DNA of 63,844 bases, filler included. It is 5 parts of 5 records of this genome, joined end to end, with 100 filler letters (N's around TTAATTAATTAA, not from the genome) between each part and the next. Parts side by side here need not be neighbours in the genome. Positions count along the whole stretch, not along the records: positions 17,173 to 42,994 come from DRR723986_17720; positions 43,095 to 51,662 come from DRR723986_17721; 3 more parts are not named here. One strand, 5' to 3'. This document shows positions 40,075 to 50,943 of this stretch, one piece after another. How positions within the stretch are numbered: position 1 is the stretch's first letter; every line of letters begins with the position of its first letter. Position numbers and translations under genes: made by a program. The notes under the pieces are model-generated. The model was given only the letters and a program-made list of their open reading frames with translations, made no database searches and was not told the DNA's origin.

Positions 40075-40398
40075 CCGTCAGTCCTTCCAGAGTTGGATCC
40101 GATGAGCGTCATGTTTATTCCCGCTTTTCGAGGGTTTTCGGCGTTTTGCGGAGAATATCGCCGGAAATCGGCTTTTGGTGAGAACATTCGCCCGCCCGGA
40201 ACTGAAAAAGACGCTTCAAGCGGGCCAGTATAGGGGCCCAGCTTGCGGCTTGGAGAGGCGCACGCAGCTTGCCCGGCGAAGAAAAGCAGTCCTACCAGTT
40301 ACACGACGCGCCGAGCCGGTAGAATCGGGCTAACTTCGACAGATAATCTGCAAGCAGCCTAGTTTTGGTCGCCTGCTTCATCGAATAAAGGAATTGCC

Positions 40399-41739
40399 AT
40401 GCGGTACGCGTTGTTTGCGTCGTTTCTTGCTCTGCTTTGCACAGTCCCAGACCGCTCCAAGGCTGACGATTGGCCGCAGTGGATGGGGCCAGACCGCAAT
40501 GGAGTGTACAGCGAAACGGGCGTAGTGGATGCGATTCCGAGTGACGGCCTAAAGGTCCTCTGGCGAGCGAAGATTGCGGGTGGATACGCTGGACCCGCCG
40601 TGGCAAACGGTCGAGTGTTCGTGAGCGATTTTGTCGCCGAATCCGGCAAGTCGACCAACGGTCCTGGTACCCGCGACCAGTTGAGCGGCGTTGAACGCAC
40701 GGTATGCTTCGACGCCCTCAGCGGCAAAGAAATCTGGCGCTACGAACAACCTCGCGAGTATCGCTTGTCCTTTGCCGCTGGACCTCGAGTGACGCCAACC
40801 GTTGACGGTGATGTGGTTTACACGCTCGGTGCCGAAGGCCACCTTGCTTGCTTGGACGTGGACTCCGGAAAGCCCGTTTGGAGTCGCGAAATCGCAAAAG
40901 ACTTCCCGTCTCCCGAGACGCCAATCTGGGGCTACTCAGCGCATCCGCTTGTTCACGGCGACCTACTTTTTTGCCTGGGCGGAACCAACAACGCAGCCAT
41001 CGCGCTGGACAAAAAGACAGGCAACACTGTTTGGGAGAGTCTCGAAGCTTCAGAAATCGGATACTGCCCGCCCACCTTGCTGGACATCGGCGATACTCAG
41101 CAGTTGGTTGTTTGGCACGCTGATGCAGTCAACGGCCTGGATCCCCAAAGCGGCGACGTCCTCTGGACAGAAGAACTGAAGCCCAGCTACGGAATGAGTA
41201 TTGCCGCACCGGTTCTCTCGGGTGATCTTCTGTTTGCAACCGGCATCGGCAAGACATCGAAGATGCTCCGCATGGGCGATGACGGCAAACCAGCCGGCAC
41301 GCTCTGGACTGGCGGTACGGGACGAGGAGTCTACTCGGGCAATAGCACCGTTATGTTTGACGGGAAGACAATCTATGGCTCCGATTGCGAAACGGGCCAA
41401 TACATCGCAGTCGATGCGGCTTCGGGAGAACGCCTCTGGGAGACGTTTGAATTGACCAGCTCAACGACTCGCCGAGCATCGCATGGCACGGCGTTCACGG
41501 TGAAGCACCAGGACAAGTACTTCATCTTCACTGAGACCGGAGACTTGCTGACGGCAAAGCTATCCCGTGATGGCTTCGAAGTCACTGGCCGAATGAATGC
41601 CGTCGAGCCCACAAACACATGGGCGGGCCGAAACGTCGTCTGGACACACCCTGCCTTTGCAAACAAGTGCGTCTATATCAGAAACGACAAGGAGCTAGTC
41701 TGCTACAGCTTGGCCTCCGATGAAACAACCCAGAGGTAG
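40399..41739 (+). CDS. PQQ-like beta-propeller protein (planctomycete BamB/AfsK-like)
   Basis: Signal peptide; DWPQWMGPDRNG; repeated LDxxSG..W blades; WTHPAFA. Confidence 0.9.
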   Translation: MRYALFASFLALLCTVPDRSKADDWPQWMGPDRNGVYSETGVVDAIPSDGLKVLWRAKIAGGYAGPAVANGRVFVSDFVAESGKSTNGPGTRDQLSGVERTVCFDALSGKEIWRYEQPREYRLSFAAGPRVTPTVDGDVVYTLGAEGHLACLDVDSGKPVWSREIAKDFPSPETPIWGYSAHPLVHGDLLFCLGGTNNAAIALDKKTGNTVWESLEASEIGYCPPTLLDIGDTQQLVVWHADAVNGLDPQSGDVLWTEELKPSYGMSIAAPVLSGDLLFATGIGKTSKMLRMGDDGKPAGTLWTGGTGRGVYSGNSTVMFDGKTIYGSDCETGQYIAVDAASGERLWETFELTSSTTRRASHGTAFTVKHQDKYFIFTETGDLLTAKLSRDGFEVTGRMNAVEPTNTWAGRNVVWTHPAFANKCVYIRNDKELVCYSLASDETTQR

Positions 41740-41744
41740 CCGCG

Positions 41745-42896
41745 ATGCAGTCTTCTCCGTCAAGGGCGAAATGCGATGAAGTGCCGTCGGTTGACGCCAG
41801 CGGCCTGATCACGCCTTGTTTGGTCGTCTTCCCCGACCGGGTGAGGCACAATGTTGGTGAAGCGATCCGTGTTGCTGGCGATGTCAACAGACTTCGACCT
41901 CACGTCAAAACGCACAAGATGCGTGAGATCGTGCAGCTTGAGTCAGATGCAGGCATCAGTAAACACAAGTGTGCCACACTTGCGGAAGCTGAGATGCTCG
42001 CCGAATGCGCGGCCGAAGACATCCTGATTGCTTATCCGCAGGTTGGGCCGGCAACGAAGTACCTGTGCGGTCTGCAGTCAAGATTTCCAAACACTGTTTT
42101 TCGCACAACCATCGATGATGCGTCGAGCATATCCAAACTTGCAGCCGCGGCTGTGGATCATGGCGTGAAAATCAGTGTGCTGGCGGACTTGGATATTGGG
42201 ATGCATCGAACGGGTGTCCTTGAAACCGACAGAGCGGTGCAACTTGTTGAGTTGGTCGAGCAATCCGAAGCGTTAAGTTTTGGAGGCTTCCACGCTTACG
42301 ACGGGCACAATCACATGGCGGACCAGGACGCGCGGCTTGCCGCCGTAACTGATATCGCCGCTTCCCTTTCGGCTCTCGTTCAGCGACTGACTCGCAATGG
42401 AACCAACGTGCCTCGAATCGTTTGCGGCGGCACACCAACGTTTCCAATGTTCGCCAGTCTTTCCAGCATTGAGGGAACGCCGGTTGAATTGTCGCCTGGT
42501 ACGTGCATCCTTCACGACCATCGTTATCAGAGCCACTTTCCCGACATCGGTGATTTTCAGTACGCGGCCGTCTTGCTGACGCGCGTCATTTCCAAACCCG
42601 CTCCGGGGCAGTTTACGTGCGACCTTGGTCACAAAGCCGTCGCTGCGGACCCGGCCGCCGGTGAAAGGTGCTGTTTCGTTGATTTGCCGGACGCTCAGGA
42701 AGCGGGCCACAATGAGGAGCATTTGGTTGTTCGTTCCGAGCGGGCCGAAGAGCTCAACGTGGGGGACGTGCTGCGCGTTGTGCCGACTCACGTTTGTCCC
42801 ACGACAGCTCTGCACGAAGTTGTCCATGTTGTCGAAAACGGGCAGGTCGTCGCGACCTGGAAAGTGGCCGCTCGCCACCGCATCTACACCGCATGA
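41745..42896 (+). CDS. D-threonine aldolase / DSD1 family PLP-dependent enzyme
   Basis: LRPHVKTHK (PLP Lys), HAYDGH, EEHLVV and PTHVCPT. Confidence 0.92.
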   Translation: MQSSPSRAKCDEVPSVDASGLITPCLVVFPDRVRHNVGEAIRVAGDVNRLRPHVKTHKMREIVQLESDAGISKHKCATLAEAEMLAECAAEDILIAYPQVGPATKYLCGLQSRFPNTVFRTTIDDASSISKLAAAAVDHGVKISVLADLDIGMHRTGVLETDRAVQLVELVEQSEALSFGGFHAYDGHNHMADQDARLAAVTDIAASLSALVQRLTRNGTNVPRIVCGGTPTFPMFASLSSIEGTPVELSPGTCILHDHRYQSHFPDIGDFQYAAVLLTRVISKPAPGQFTCDLGHKAVAADPAAGERCCFVDLPDAQEAGHNEEHLVVRSERAEELNVGDVLRVVPTHVCPTTALHEVVHVVENGQVVATWKVAARHRIYTA

Positions 42897-42994
42897 AGCA
42901 CTTTTGCATTCGTTAAGACCCGCGTCGCGGCAGAAGCAAGCTTGGAACACTAATCCTCACTGACCGAACACTAATTCAGAATCTCGATCGAGGC

Positions 42995-43094
42995 NNNNNN
43001 NNNNNNNNNNNNNNNNNNNNNNNNNNNNNNNNNNNNNNTTAATTAATTAANNNNNNNNNNNNNNNNNNNNNNNNNNNNNNNNNNNNNNNNNNNN
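42995..43094. other. artificial contig spacer
   Basis: N-run, TTAATTAATTAA, N-run. Confidence 0.99.
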
Positions 43095-43515
43095 CCCGGA
43101 TGCGTTCGAGCCGGTACCGACCGCAGAAGACGCCGCACCGGCCAAGAAAGCCGCAGGCCCGGAGACTTACACCGTTGAAGTTAACGGCAAGAAGTTTGTG
43201 GTGGCGGTTTCTGAAGGTGGCGAGATTACCCAGATCCAGGGTGACGGTGGCACCGCGTCTGCTCCGGCCGCTTCCTCTGCACCTGCTCCGGCGGCAGGCG
43301 AAGGCGAGCCTCTGGTGGCGCCGCTGGGCGGTAATATCTTCAAGGTTCTGGTTTCCCCGGGTGACACCGTTGAGGAAGGTGACGTGCTGATTATCCTCGA
43401 AGCCATGAAGATGGAAACCGAGGTTCGCGCACCGAAAGCCGGTACTATCGGCGAAGTCTTCATCAAGGTCGGTGATGCCGTCTCCCCTGATGATGAAATG
43501 CTGACAATCGCATAA
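43095..43515 (+). CDS. oadA: oxaloacetate decarboxylase alpha subunit, C-terminal biotin carrier (5' truncated)
   Basis: Ala/Pro linker and LEAMKMETE biotinylation motif; precedes oadB. Confidence 0.9.
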
Positions 43516-43528
43516 GGGCCAGCATTCC

Positions 43529-44863
43529 ATGGATAAATTAATGACACTGTGGACAGGCAGTGGCCTGTTCAACATCGAGCTGGGCCAGGTGATCATGATC
43601 GCTATTGGCCTGTTGCTTCTCTATCTTGCGATCAACAAGAAGTTTGAGCCGTTGCTGCTGGTGCCCATCGGGTTTGGTGGCATTCTGGCGAATATTCCGG
43701 AGGCAGGGCTTGCCCTGACTGCGGCTGAAAACGCTATTCACTTTGCTTTGCAGGGTGGCAACTCCAAGGTTCTGGCTGCACTGGCGGCGCCGCTGGATGT
43801 GGCCTATCAGGTCGGACAGGCGATTACGCCTGAGCTGAAAGAAGCCTTCAAAGTAGCGGTGAAAGAAGCCAGTTATTCCGAAATGGCGATGGCCAACTCC
43901 ATTGCGCAGGATTACGGCTACGGCAATGGCATGCTGTATAACTTCTACTCTGTGATTATCGGCAGTACCGTTGGTCCTCTGCTGATTTTCATGGGTGTAG
44001 GGGCGATGACCGATTTCGGCCCTTTGCTTGCTAACCCCAAAACCCTGCTTCTGGGTGCGGCTGCGCAGTTCGGTATTTTCGGTACCGTTATTGGCGCGGC
44101 GTTGCTGGACTGGACGGGAATACTGGAGTTCAATATTCTCGAGGCCGCTGCAATCGGCATCATTGGTGGCGCCGACGGCCCCACCTCCATCTACGTATCC
44201 AGCGTACTGGCCCCGCATCTTCTGGGTGCGATTGCCGTCTCTGCTTATGCGTACATGGCGCTGGTGCCGATGATCCAGCCGCCGATCATGAAGGCGCTGA
44301 CCAGCGAGAAAGAGCGTGCCATCAAGATGTCGCAGCTGCGCCCGGTGAGCAAGAAAGAGAAGATTGTCTTCCCTCTGGTTGTTCTGATTGCCGTGGTTCT
44401 GTTCCTGCCCGATGCGGCTCCGCTGCTGGGTATGTTCTGCTTCGGTAACCTGATGCGTGAGTGTGGCGTGGTAGAGCGTCTGAGCGATACCGCACAGAAC
44501 GCGCTGATCAACATCGTAACCATCTTCCTGGGTCTGTCTGTTGGCTCCAAGCTGATGGCCGACAAGTTCCTGGATGGCCAGACGCTGGGTATCCTGGGCC
44601 TGGGTATTGTGGCTTTCGGTGTAGGCACCGCTTCCGGTGTACTGATGGCGAAACTGATGAACAAGTTCACCAAGGAAGCGATCAACCCGTTGATTGGCTC
44701 CGCAGGTGTATCCGCGGTGCCGATGGCGGCGCGGGTCTCCAACAAGGTGGGCCTGGAAGCCAACCCGCAGAACTTCCTGCTGATGCACGCAATGGGTCCG
44801 AACGTGGCCGGTGTTATTGGCTCTGCGGTTGCAGCGGGGGTAATGATCAAGCTGCTCGGCTGA
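43529..44863 (+). CDS. oadB: Na+-translocating oxaloacetate decarboxylase beta subunit
   Basis: Motifs [35 protein letters not shown] and [13 protein letters not shown]. Confidence 0.96.
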   Translation: MDKLMTLWTGSGLFNIELGQVIMIAIGLLLLYLAINKKFEPLLLVPIGFGGILANIPEAGLALTAAENAIHFALQGGNSKVLAALAAPLDVAYQVGQAITPELKEAFKVAVKEASYSEMAMANSIAQDYGYGNGMLYNFYSVIIGSTVGPLLIFMGVGAMTDFGPLLANPKTLLLGAAAQFGIFGTVIGAALLDWTGILEFNILEAAAIGIIGGADGPTSIYVSSVLAPHLLGAIAVSAYAYMALVPMIQPPIMKALTSEKERAIKMSQLRPVSKKEKIVFPLVVLIAVVLFLPDAAPLLGMFCFGNLMRECGVVERLSDTAQNALINIVTIFLGLSVGSKLMADKFLDGQTLGILGLGIVAFGVGTASGVLMAKLMNKFTKEAINPLIGSAGVSAVPMAARVSNKVGLEANPQNFLLMHAMGPNVAGVIGSAVAAGVMIKLLG

Positions 44864-44883
44864 TCCTTACCGACACTGCCCTG

Positions 44884-44910
44884 AAAACCCCGCCTTTGGC
44901 GGGGTTTTTT
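44884..44910. terminator. bidirectional intrinsic terminator
   Basis: AAAACCCCGCC-TTT-GGCGGGGTTTTTT between convergent oadB and dnaE2. Confidence 0.9.
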
Positions 44911-44919
44911 CGTTTGTGG

Positions 44920-47900
44920 TCAGTGGAAATCCCGGGAGCTGACCGGTAGTGAGTTGATCAGATGGCTCAAGTCAGACAGCTTGCCGGCCATGACATGAAC
45001 GATATCCCCCTCTTTCTCGATAACTCCTTTTACGTGTAACAACCGGGCGGTGAGCAACGGTTTGCGCTGGCGGCGGGCGGTGTCTAGCCAGACGACGACG
45101 TTGACGTTGCCGGTTTCGTCTTCAAGGGTGACGAAGGTGACGCCGGAAGCGGTGCCGGGCCGTTGGCGGCCGGTGACCAGGCCGGCTACTTGTACGGGGA
45201 TGCCGGGACGGGTGGCTTTGAGTTGGTCGGCGGTGAGGCAATGGCGCAGGTGGCCTTGTTCGCGGAGCAGGGCAAGGGGATGCCTTTGTAGCGTTAAACC
45301 CTGGCTGCTGTAGTCGGCCAGTACGTTTTGCCCTTCGGTGGGCTCCGGGAGCAGGTGGCAGGGTTCCGGTGTGTATTCGGTCATGGCTTCGTTAGCGAAG
45401 AGCTCGGCGGGCTCTTCGTGTTCGAGCAGTTGCCAGTAAGCCTGGTGGCGGTTGCGGGTGAAGCCGGGCATGGCGTTGGCGCCGGCGAGAAGTTCCATGT
45501 CGCTCTGGTTGAGGCCAGCTCGGGTGCGCAGTTCGGCGGCGCTTTGGTAACCGTTTGCCGGGCGGTTCTGGTGGACGCGCTCGGCGCCACTGCGAGACAG
45601 GCCTTGAATGATTCTAAGGCCAAGGCGCAGGTGCTGCTCCTGACCTTGCAGGGTGTGCTGCCACTGGCTGTGGTTGACGTCTGGTGGCAGCACGGAAACG
45701 TTGTGGCGCCGGGCATCCTGAACCAGTTGGCTGGGCGAGTAAAAGCCCATTGGCTGGCTGTTGAGCAGAGCGCAATAGAACGCTGCCGGGTGGTGGCGTT
45801 TGATCCAGGCGGAGACGTACACCAGCAAGGCAAAGCTGGCGGCATGGGATTCCGGAAATCCATAGCCACCAAAGCCGCAGATCTGTTTGTACAGGCGCTC
45901 GGCGAAGTCGGCATCGTGGCCCCGCTCCAGCATGCCCTGAATCAGTTTGTCGCGGAAGGGTGTCAGATCGCCATGGGATTTCCAGGCCGCCATGGCGCGG
46001 CGAAGTTTATCGGCCTCGCCCGCACTGAAACCGGCGGCAACCATGGCCAGTTTGATGACCTGTTCCTGGAAGATCGGCACCCCGAGGGTGCGTTCCAGCA
46101 CCTGGCGTACGGCATCGTTGGGGTATTCTACTGCTTCCATGCCGTGTTTTCGGCGCAGGTAGGGGTGCACCATGTCGCCTTGTATGGGGCCCGGGCGAAC
46201 GATGGCGACTTCGATCACAAGGTCGTACCAGGTTTCCGGTTTCAGCCGCGGTAGCATGTTGATCTGGGCGCGGGACTCCACCTGAAAGACACCGATACTG
46301 TCGCCTTTTTGCAGCATGGCGTAGGTGTCAGGGTCTTCCTGAGGGACATCCTGAATGGTAAACGTCGTGCCTTTCTCTTCACTGATCAGCGCCAGTGCTT
46401 TGCGAATGGCGGTGAGCATGCCCAGGGCCAGGACATCCACCTTCATCAGCCCCAGGCTTTCCAGGTCGTCCTTGTCCCACTGGATAACCGTGCGCCCTTC
46501 CATGGCGGCATTCTCAACAGGCACCAGTTCTGAAAGCGGGCCGGCGCTGATCACGAAACCGCCCACGTGCTGGGACAGGTGGCGTGGAAAGCCCAGCAAG
46601 GTGTTCACCAGCGTGAAGAACTGATCCGCGACGTTGGGGCTGCGGGTCAGGCCCTTGTCCAGAATCTGCTGGCGCCAGCCGGTGGTCTTGTCACGCCAGT
46701 CGATGCCATCCAGCAGCTTCTCCACCAGTGTGGCATCAAAGCCCAGCGCCTTGCCCACATCCCGAATGGCGCTGCGGGGGCGATAACGAATCACGGTGGC
46801 GGCCAGGGCGGCCCGCTCCCGGCCGTAGCGCTGGTAAATGTACTGAATGACCTCCTCACGCCGTTCGTGCTCGAAATCCACATCGATGTCGGGGGGCTCA
46901 TCCCGGTCTTTGGAGATGAACCGTTCAAACAGCAGTTCCACATTGGCCGGGTTCACCTCGGTGATGCCCAGGCAGTAACAGACTGCGGAATTGGCTGCGG
47001 ATCCCCGGCCCTGGCAAAGAATGCCCTGGCGCCGGGCAAAGTCGACGATGTCGTGGATGGTGAGAAAATAGTGTTCGTAGCGCAGTTCGGCAATCAGCTC
47101 CAGCTCTTTGCGAATCAGTGCCTGCACCTTCATGGGTGTGCCCGATGGGTAACGCCGCCGTTCACCCTCCCGGGTGAGTCGCGCCAGAAACGATGTGGGT
47201 GTTTCGTGTTCCGGCACTAAATCGGGAGGGTATTCATAACGCAGGCTGCCAGGCTCAAAGCTGCAGGCTTCGGCGATTGCCACGGTCTCCCGAACCCAGG
47301 GCTCGGGGAATAGTCGCCGGATAACCGGTATCGGGCGCAAATAACGCTCGGCATTCTGAAACAGGCAGTGTCCGGCCTGTTCCAGCGTGGTGTGGTGGCG
47401 CAGAGCTGTCAGCACGTCCTGTAATGGCTGGCGTTCGCGGCGATGCATATGCACCTGGCCGGTTGCCACCACTGCGCAGCGCATTTGCTCAGCTAACCAC
47501 CGTACACGGACCAGTTGCTGTTCCTCGCCGGCTTCCAGTGTGCGGGTCGCTGCAAGGCGTAGCCTGTGCTCGAAAATCCGTTGCAGCCATTCGCCGGTGA
47601 TCAATGCCTGGTGCGCGTTGGTTTGTGATACCAGCGGTGGCAGCCACAAGCAGAGGCAGTGGTCCAGCGAATGGGTTTCGATGTCCCGGGTCAATAACCG
47701 GTATTGTCCTTTCTCAGCGCGTCGCCGCCCGGTGGTGATCAATTGGCAAAGCTGACCGTAGCCCTCGCGGGTTCGAGCCAGCAGTATGAACCGGGGTGGG
47801 GCAGTGGCGCCCTCGGGAGTATCGCTCAGTTCGAACCAGCTCCCGGTAATCAGCTTTACCGGGCTGTCTTTAAGGGCTGCCCAGGCTCTGGGGATGCCTG

Positions 47901-48039
47901 CCACCGAACAGGCATCGGTGATGGCAATTGCCCGATAGCCAAGCTCTGCGGCTTGCTCAGCCAGTTCATGGGGATGGGAGGCGCCGGTCAGGAAGGTGAA
48001 GTTGCTGAAGCAGAACAGCTCGGCGTAATCAGAATCCAT
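44920..48039 (-). CDS. dnaE2: error-prone DNA polymerase DnaE2 (ImuC)
   Basis: YAELFCFSNFTFL.GASHP, GRGSAANS, PPDIDVDFEH, YGFPESHA and C-terminal SRDFH. Confidence 0.97.
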   Translation of the reverse strand: MDSDYAELFCFSNFTFLTGASHPHELAEQAAELGYRAIAITDACSVAGIPRAWAALKDSPVKLITGSWFELSDTPEGATAPPRFILLARTREGYGQLCQLITTGRRRAEKGQYRLLTRDIETHSLDHCLCLWLPPLVSQTNAHQALITGEWLQRIFEHRLRLAATRTLEAGEEQQLVRVRWLAEQMRCAVVATGQVHMHRRERQPLQDVLTALRHHTTLEQAGHCLFQNAERYLRPIPVIRRLFPEPWVRETVAIAEACSFEPGSLRYEYPPDLVPEHETPTSFLARLTREGERRRYPSGTPMKVQALIRKELELIAELRYEHYFLTIHDIVDFARRQGILCQGRGSAANSAVCYCLGITEVNPANVELLFERFISKDRDEPPDIDVDFEHERREEVIQYIYQRYGRERAALAATVIRYRPRSAIRDVGKALGFDATLVEKLLDGIDWRDKTTGWRQQILDKGLTRSPNVADQFFTLVNTLLGFPRHLSQHVGGFVISAGPLSELVPVENAAMEGRTVIQWDKDDLESLGLMKVDVLALGMLTAIRKALALISEEKGTTFTIQDVPQEDPDTYAMLQKGDSIGVFQVESRAQINMLPRLKPETWYDLVIEVAIVRPGPIQGDMVHPYLRRKHGMEAVEYPNDAVRQVLERTLGVPIFQEQVIKLAMVAAGFSAGEADKLRRAMAAWKSHGDLTPFRDKLIQGMLERGHDADFAERLYKQICGFGGYGFPESHAASFALLVYVSAWIKRHHPAAFYCALLNSQPMGFYSPSQLVQDARRHNVSVLPPDVNHSQWQHTLQGQEQHLRLGLRIIQGLSRSGAERVHQNRPANGYQSAAELRTRAGLNQSDMELLAGANAMPGFTRNRHQAYWQLLEHEEPAELFANEAMTEYTPEPCHLLPEPTEGQNVLADYSSQGLTLQRHPLALLREQGHLRHCLTADQLKATRPGIPVQVAGLVTGRQRPGTASGVTFVTLEDETGNVNVVVWLDTARRQRKPLLTARLLHVKGVIEKEGDIVHVMAGKLSDLSHLINSLPVSSRDFH

Positions 48040-49460
48040 CAGCCAAACCACCCGTGTATGTACCAGCCATCGCGAATATCCCGGAACACCCACGCTAACT
48101 GGCCGCTGGACAACTGGGCAATATAGTAGTCACGGTGCACCCGCTGGCCGTCCCACCAGCCAGCACTGATGCGTTCCGGCCCCGAGAACCATCTGGCCGG
48201 AGGTTCTGCCAGTGGGTGCGGCGTGGATAACAGCCATAAAGGGCGCGCAGGCAGGCCAGAGACCTCTGGTGTTTCGCTGTGCCTGCTGGCCGGTTTTATG
48301 GCGGAGGCTGTCCAGGCAAACTCCGGGCGGTGGTCTGCCCGCGGTGCAAGCTGTTGCAATGCCTCAGTACCAAGGCGGGCCTGTAAACGACTGGCCAGCG
48401 TATGCCAGGCTTCATTCAGGTCCTGACCATCGCCCAGGAGGTCCTGGCCAACCGGGGCTTCCCGGCCCAGAAACCGCTTTACCGACAGGGACAGACTGAT
48501 CACCGGTGCCCGCAGCGGGTGCTGATCCAGTTTCAGGCGCAGCAGTTTCAGAAAACTCTCTGCCCGATGCTCCGGGCCAGTCGTTTGCAACGTTAACCGG
48601 GTGGCTTCTTCGTGCCGGTGTTGGAGTAAAAGATGCAGGGTATCGGTGTCCTGTTGGCGCCAGCACAGGTCTTCTTCCAGCTCGGTCAGAATCCGCTGCA
48701 GCGCGAACAAAAGCCCCTGGGCATGCTCCACTTCCTGAATAAAATCGGCCCGCTGGCGGAATCGGTGCGGGGGGTGCCAGGGCGATTTGGGGTCTGGCCT
48801 GGTGCCCTGGGCTTTTTGTATACGTGCCAGCAGCTCCGGGGATAGCCTCCGTGCTAGTTCCCGGGCTGGCAGATTGAAGACTTCAGCCAGCGTATTCAGC
48901 CCCAGGCGATGCAGGCGGGTACAGGATTTTTCATCAAAACCCGCAGCCACCAGAGGCAGTTTGCCCAGGGCCGTCAGAATGTGGCCTTTGTCTGCGGTGC
49001 ACTCGCCTTTGCCTGCTTGCGCAAGGAGCTGAGCCGCCAGTGGCGTATGCCCAAGAGCCAGCCAGGCAGTGAGTTGCCGCTCTTCCAGAGCCTGCTCGAC
49101 GGTTTGCCAAACGGCGGGAAGCCCGCCATATAACCGCTGGAGGCTGCTGACTTCAGCCCACAGACCGTGCGGCGGCGACAGGGTAATGTGGGCCGCGTAA
49201 CGGTATAGCCAGCGGGCTTGCTCTTCCAGCAGATTGGCTTCCTGTTGAGAATCGAGATGCAGAATCACCAAGTCTGGCGCCAGGCCCAGCGCAGTTTTCA
49301 GGCGCATGCCCGGCCGAATACCCAGGTGATCAGCTTCTGGACAAACCTGCAGGATCGCCTGCCCGGGAAGATCGACCACTGCGAGTGCACCCTGAGTTTG
49401 CTGGCTGCGGCGAACATGATCCAGCAGCAGGTGAGGGAAGTGCAGATATAGCCACAACAT
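48039..49460 (-). CDS. imuB: ImuB, catalytically inactive Y-family polymerase
   Basis: Motifs GIRPGM, RPLWLL and GPERISAGWWD..RDYY; lies between imuA and dnaE2. Confidence 0.93.
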   Translation of the reverse strand: MLWLYLHFPHLLLDHVRRSQQTQGALAVVDLPGQAILQVCPEADHLGIRPGMRLKTALGLAPDLVILHLDSQQEANLLEEQARWLYRYAAHITLSPPHGLWAEVSSLQRLYGGLPAVWQTVEQALEERQLTAWLALGHTPLAAQLLAQAGKGECTADKGHILTALGKLPLVAAGFDEKSCTRLHRLGLNTLAEVFNLPARELARRLSPELLARIQKAQGTRPDPKSPWHPPHRFRQRADFIQEVEHAQGLLFALQRILTELEEDLCWRQQDTDTLHLLLQHRHEEATRLTLQTTGPEHRAESFLKLLRLKLDQHPLRAPVISLSLSVKRFLGREAPVGQDLLGDGQDLNEAWHTLASRLQARLGTEALQQLAPRADHRPEFAWTASAIKPASRHSETPEVSGLPARPLWLLSTPHPLAEPPARWFSGPERISAGWWDGQRVHRDYYIAQLSSGQLAWVFRDIRDGWYIHGWFG

Positions 49461-49463
49461 GAA

Positions 49464-50156
49464 TCAGGTGGCTCCATCCTGTGACCATGGCCCCTGAATA
49501 ACACCAGTGGGGTCGCTGGCCTGAATGCCCGCGCGATGCCCAAGGGCAAGAGTGCAGCGCTGCCCTGGCCAGCTACCACGGCGTTTCAGAATGTTGATCT
49601 TGAGATCCTGGTGTTCTCCGGGAATCAGCTCCAGCCGAAGTGCGGCCGGTGAATGCTGCTCTGCCTGCCGACGTTCCCGAAACAGAATGCAGACATTGTT
49701 ACCCGCTTCGGAGGCCAGTTGCAGCCGGCGGATATCCCGGGTGGCCAACTTCCCCGGCCAGGCCATCACCAAGCCTGTGACAGGGGAGCGCAGGCAGTTT
49801 TCCAGTGTCCACAGAAAGTCAGCGGAATCGTGAGTTTGAACCAGCACCAGTTGATCGGTATTTACGCCAGCCCTGGCCAGCGCCGGGGCATAAGGTGTGT
49901 GGGGCGGGTTCAGCCAGAAAATGGTCTTTCCCTGCCTGGCGACCTTCTGCATAAACGGAAGTACCAGATGCAGCTCGCCAATGCCACAGCTGTCCAGCAG
50001 GCATTCACTCAAGGCACCCTTGGGCCAGCCGAGCCCACCAAGTTGGTTATCCAGAACCTGATACCCCGTGTGTTCCGCCGGAGAGGCGTGTTTCTGGGGC
50101 TTATGACCCTGCCAGATACGGGCGTCCTGAAGCAGGTGGTTGAGTGATTTGCTCAT
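49464..50156 (-). CDS. imuA: translesion synthesis protein ImuA
   Basis: Motifs [34 protein letters not shown] and SPAALRL. Confidence 0.93.
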   Translation of the reverse strand: MSKSLNHLLQDARIWQGHKPQKHASPAEHTGYQVLDNQLGGLGWPKGALSECLLDSCGIGELHLVLPFMQKVARQGKTIFWLNPPHTPYAPALARAGVNTDQLVLVQTHDSADFLWTLENCLRSPVTGLVMAWPGKLATRDIRRLQLASEAGNNVCILFRERRQAEQHSPAALRLELIPGEHQDLKINILKRRGSWPGQRCTLALGHRAGIQASDPTGVIQGPWSQDGAT

Positions 50157-50170
50157 GCTTATTTCTCGAG

Positions 50171-50190
50171 TACTGTTTATATATACAGTA
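50171..50190. promoter_or_regulatory. LexA (SOS) box upstream of imuA
   Basis: TACTGTTTATATATACAGTA matches gammaproteobacterial CTGT-N8-ACAG. Confidence 0.92.
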
Positions 50191-50283
50191 TTCGGAAAAG
50201 GGGGCGATTTCAACTGCCGGGTTGATAAACGACGGGCGGGCACCCACGATGTGGTTGAAGCCACAAATATAGTGGAGGACGCT

Positions 50284-50622
50284 ATGTCGAATCTTGGCCA
50301 GCAAGGCTGCAGCGCCTGCAGTGCCGATGCACCCCAGGTCACGGATGCTGAAAAGCAGACCCTGTTGAAAGACGTGCCTGAATGGCAGTTGATCGTTCAG
50401 GATGGGGAAGAGCAGTTACAGCGGGTGTTTACCTTCAAAAACTTTGTCCAGGCCCAGGCCTTTACCAACAAAGTGGCGGACCTGGCGGAAGAAGAAGGCC
50501 ACCATCCCACGATCCTGTTGGAATGGGGGAAAGCCACCGTACGCTGGTGGACCCATAAAATCGGAGGCCTGCACAAAAACGATTTCATCATGGCCGCCAG
50601 AACCGACGAACTTTACTCATAA
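50284..50622 (+). CDS. phhB: pterin-4-alpha-carbinolamine dehydratase
   Basis: Motifs [17 protein letters not shown] and [18 protein letters not shown]. Confidence 0.93.
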   Translation: MSNLGQQGCSACSADAPQVTDAEKQTLLKDVPEWQLIVQDGEEQLQRVFTFKNFVQAQAFTNKVADLAEEEGHHPTILLEWGKATVRWWTHKIGGLHKNDFIMAARTDELYS

Positions 50623-50654
50623 TCGCTTCAAACAGACCGGAAACAGGAAGTGCC

Positions 50655-50930
50655 ATGGACGAACAATCAATGGACAACCCGCTTACCCTGAAACTTGGCC
50701 ACGAAGAGCTGATCATCCGGCGCCGCTACGAGATGATCAGCATCATCAATGATTTCTTCATCGCCATCTGGTTTCTGGTGGGGAGCATACTCTTCCTGTT
50801 TCCGAAGCATGAGACCGCCGCAATCTGGCTGTTTATTATCGGCAGCTTCCAGTTCCTGGTACGGCCCACCATCCGCCTGATCAGCCACATTCATATCCGC
50901 CGAATACCAGCGAGTAACTGGGAATCCTAA
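50655..50930 (+). CDS. YrhK family small membrane protein
   Basis: RYE..SIINDF.IAIWFLVGSILF and WLFIIGS.QFL.RP. Confidence 0.82.
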   Translation: MDEQSMDNPLTLKLGHEELIIRRRYEMISIINDFFIAIWFLVGSILFLFPKHETAAIWLFIIGSFQFLVRPTIRLISHIHIRRIPASNWES

Positions 50931-50943
50931 ACGGCCTGGTCAA

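Noticed and set aside
216-49133. Numerous long antisense or alternate-frame ORFs (e.g. 4140-5144, 9712-10605, 11636-12763, 43538-44788, 45328-46254)
   Set aside because: Shadow ORFs of well-supported genes in GC-rich DNA, with no motifs of their own.
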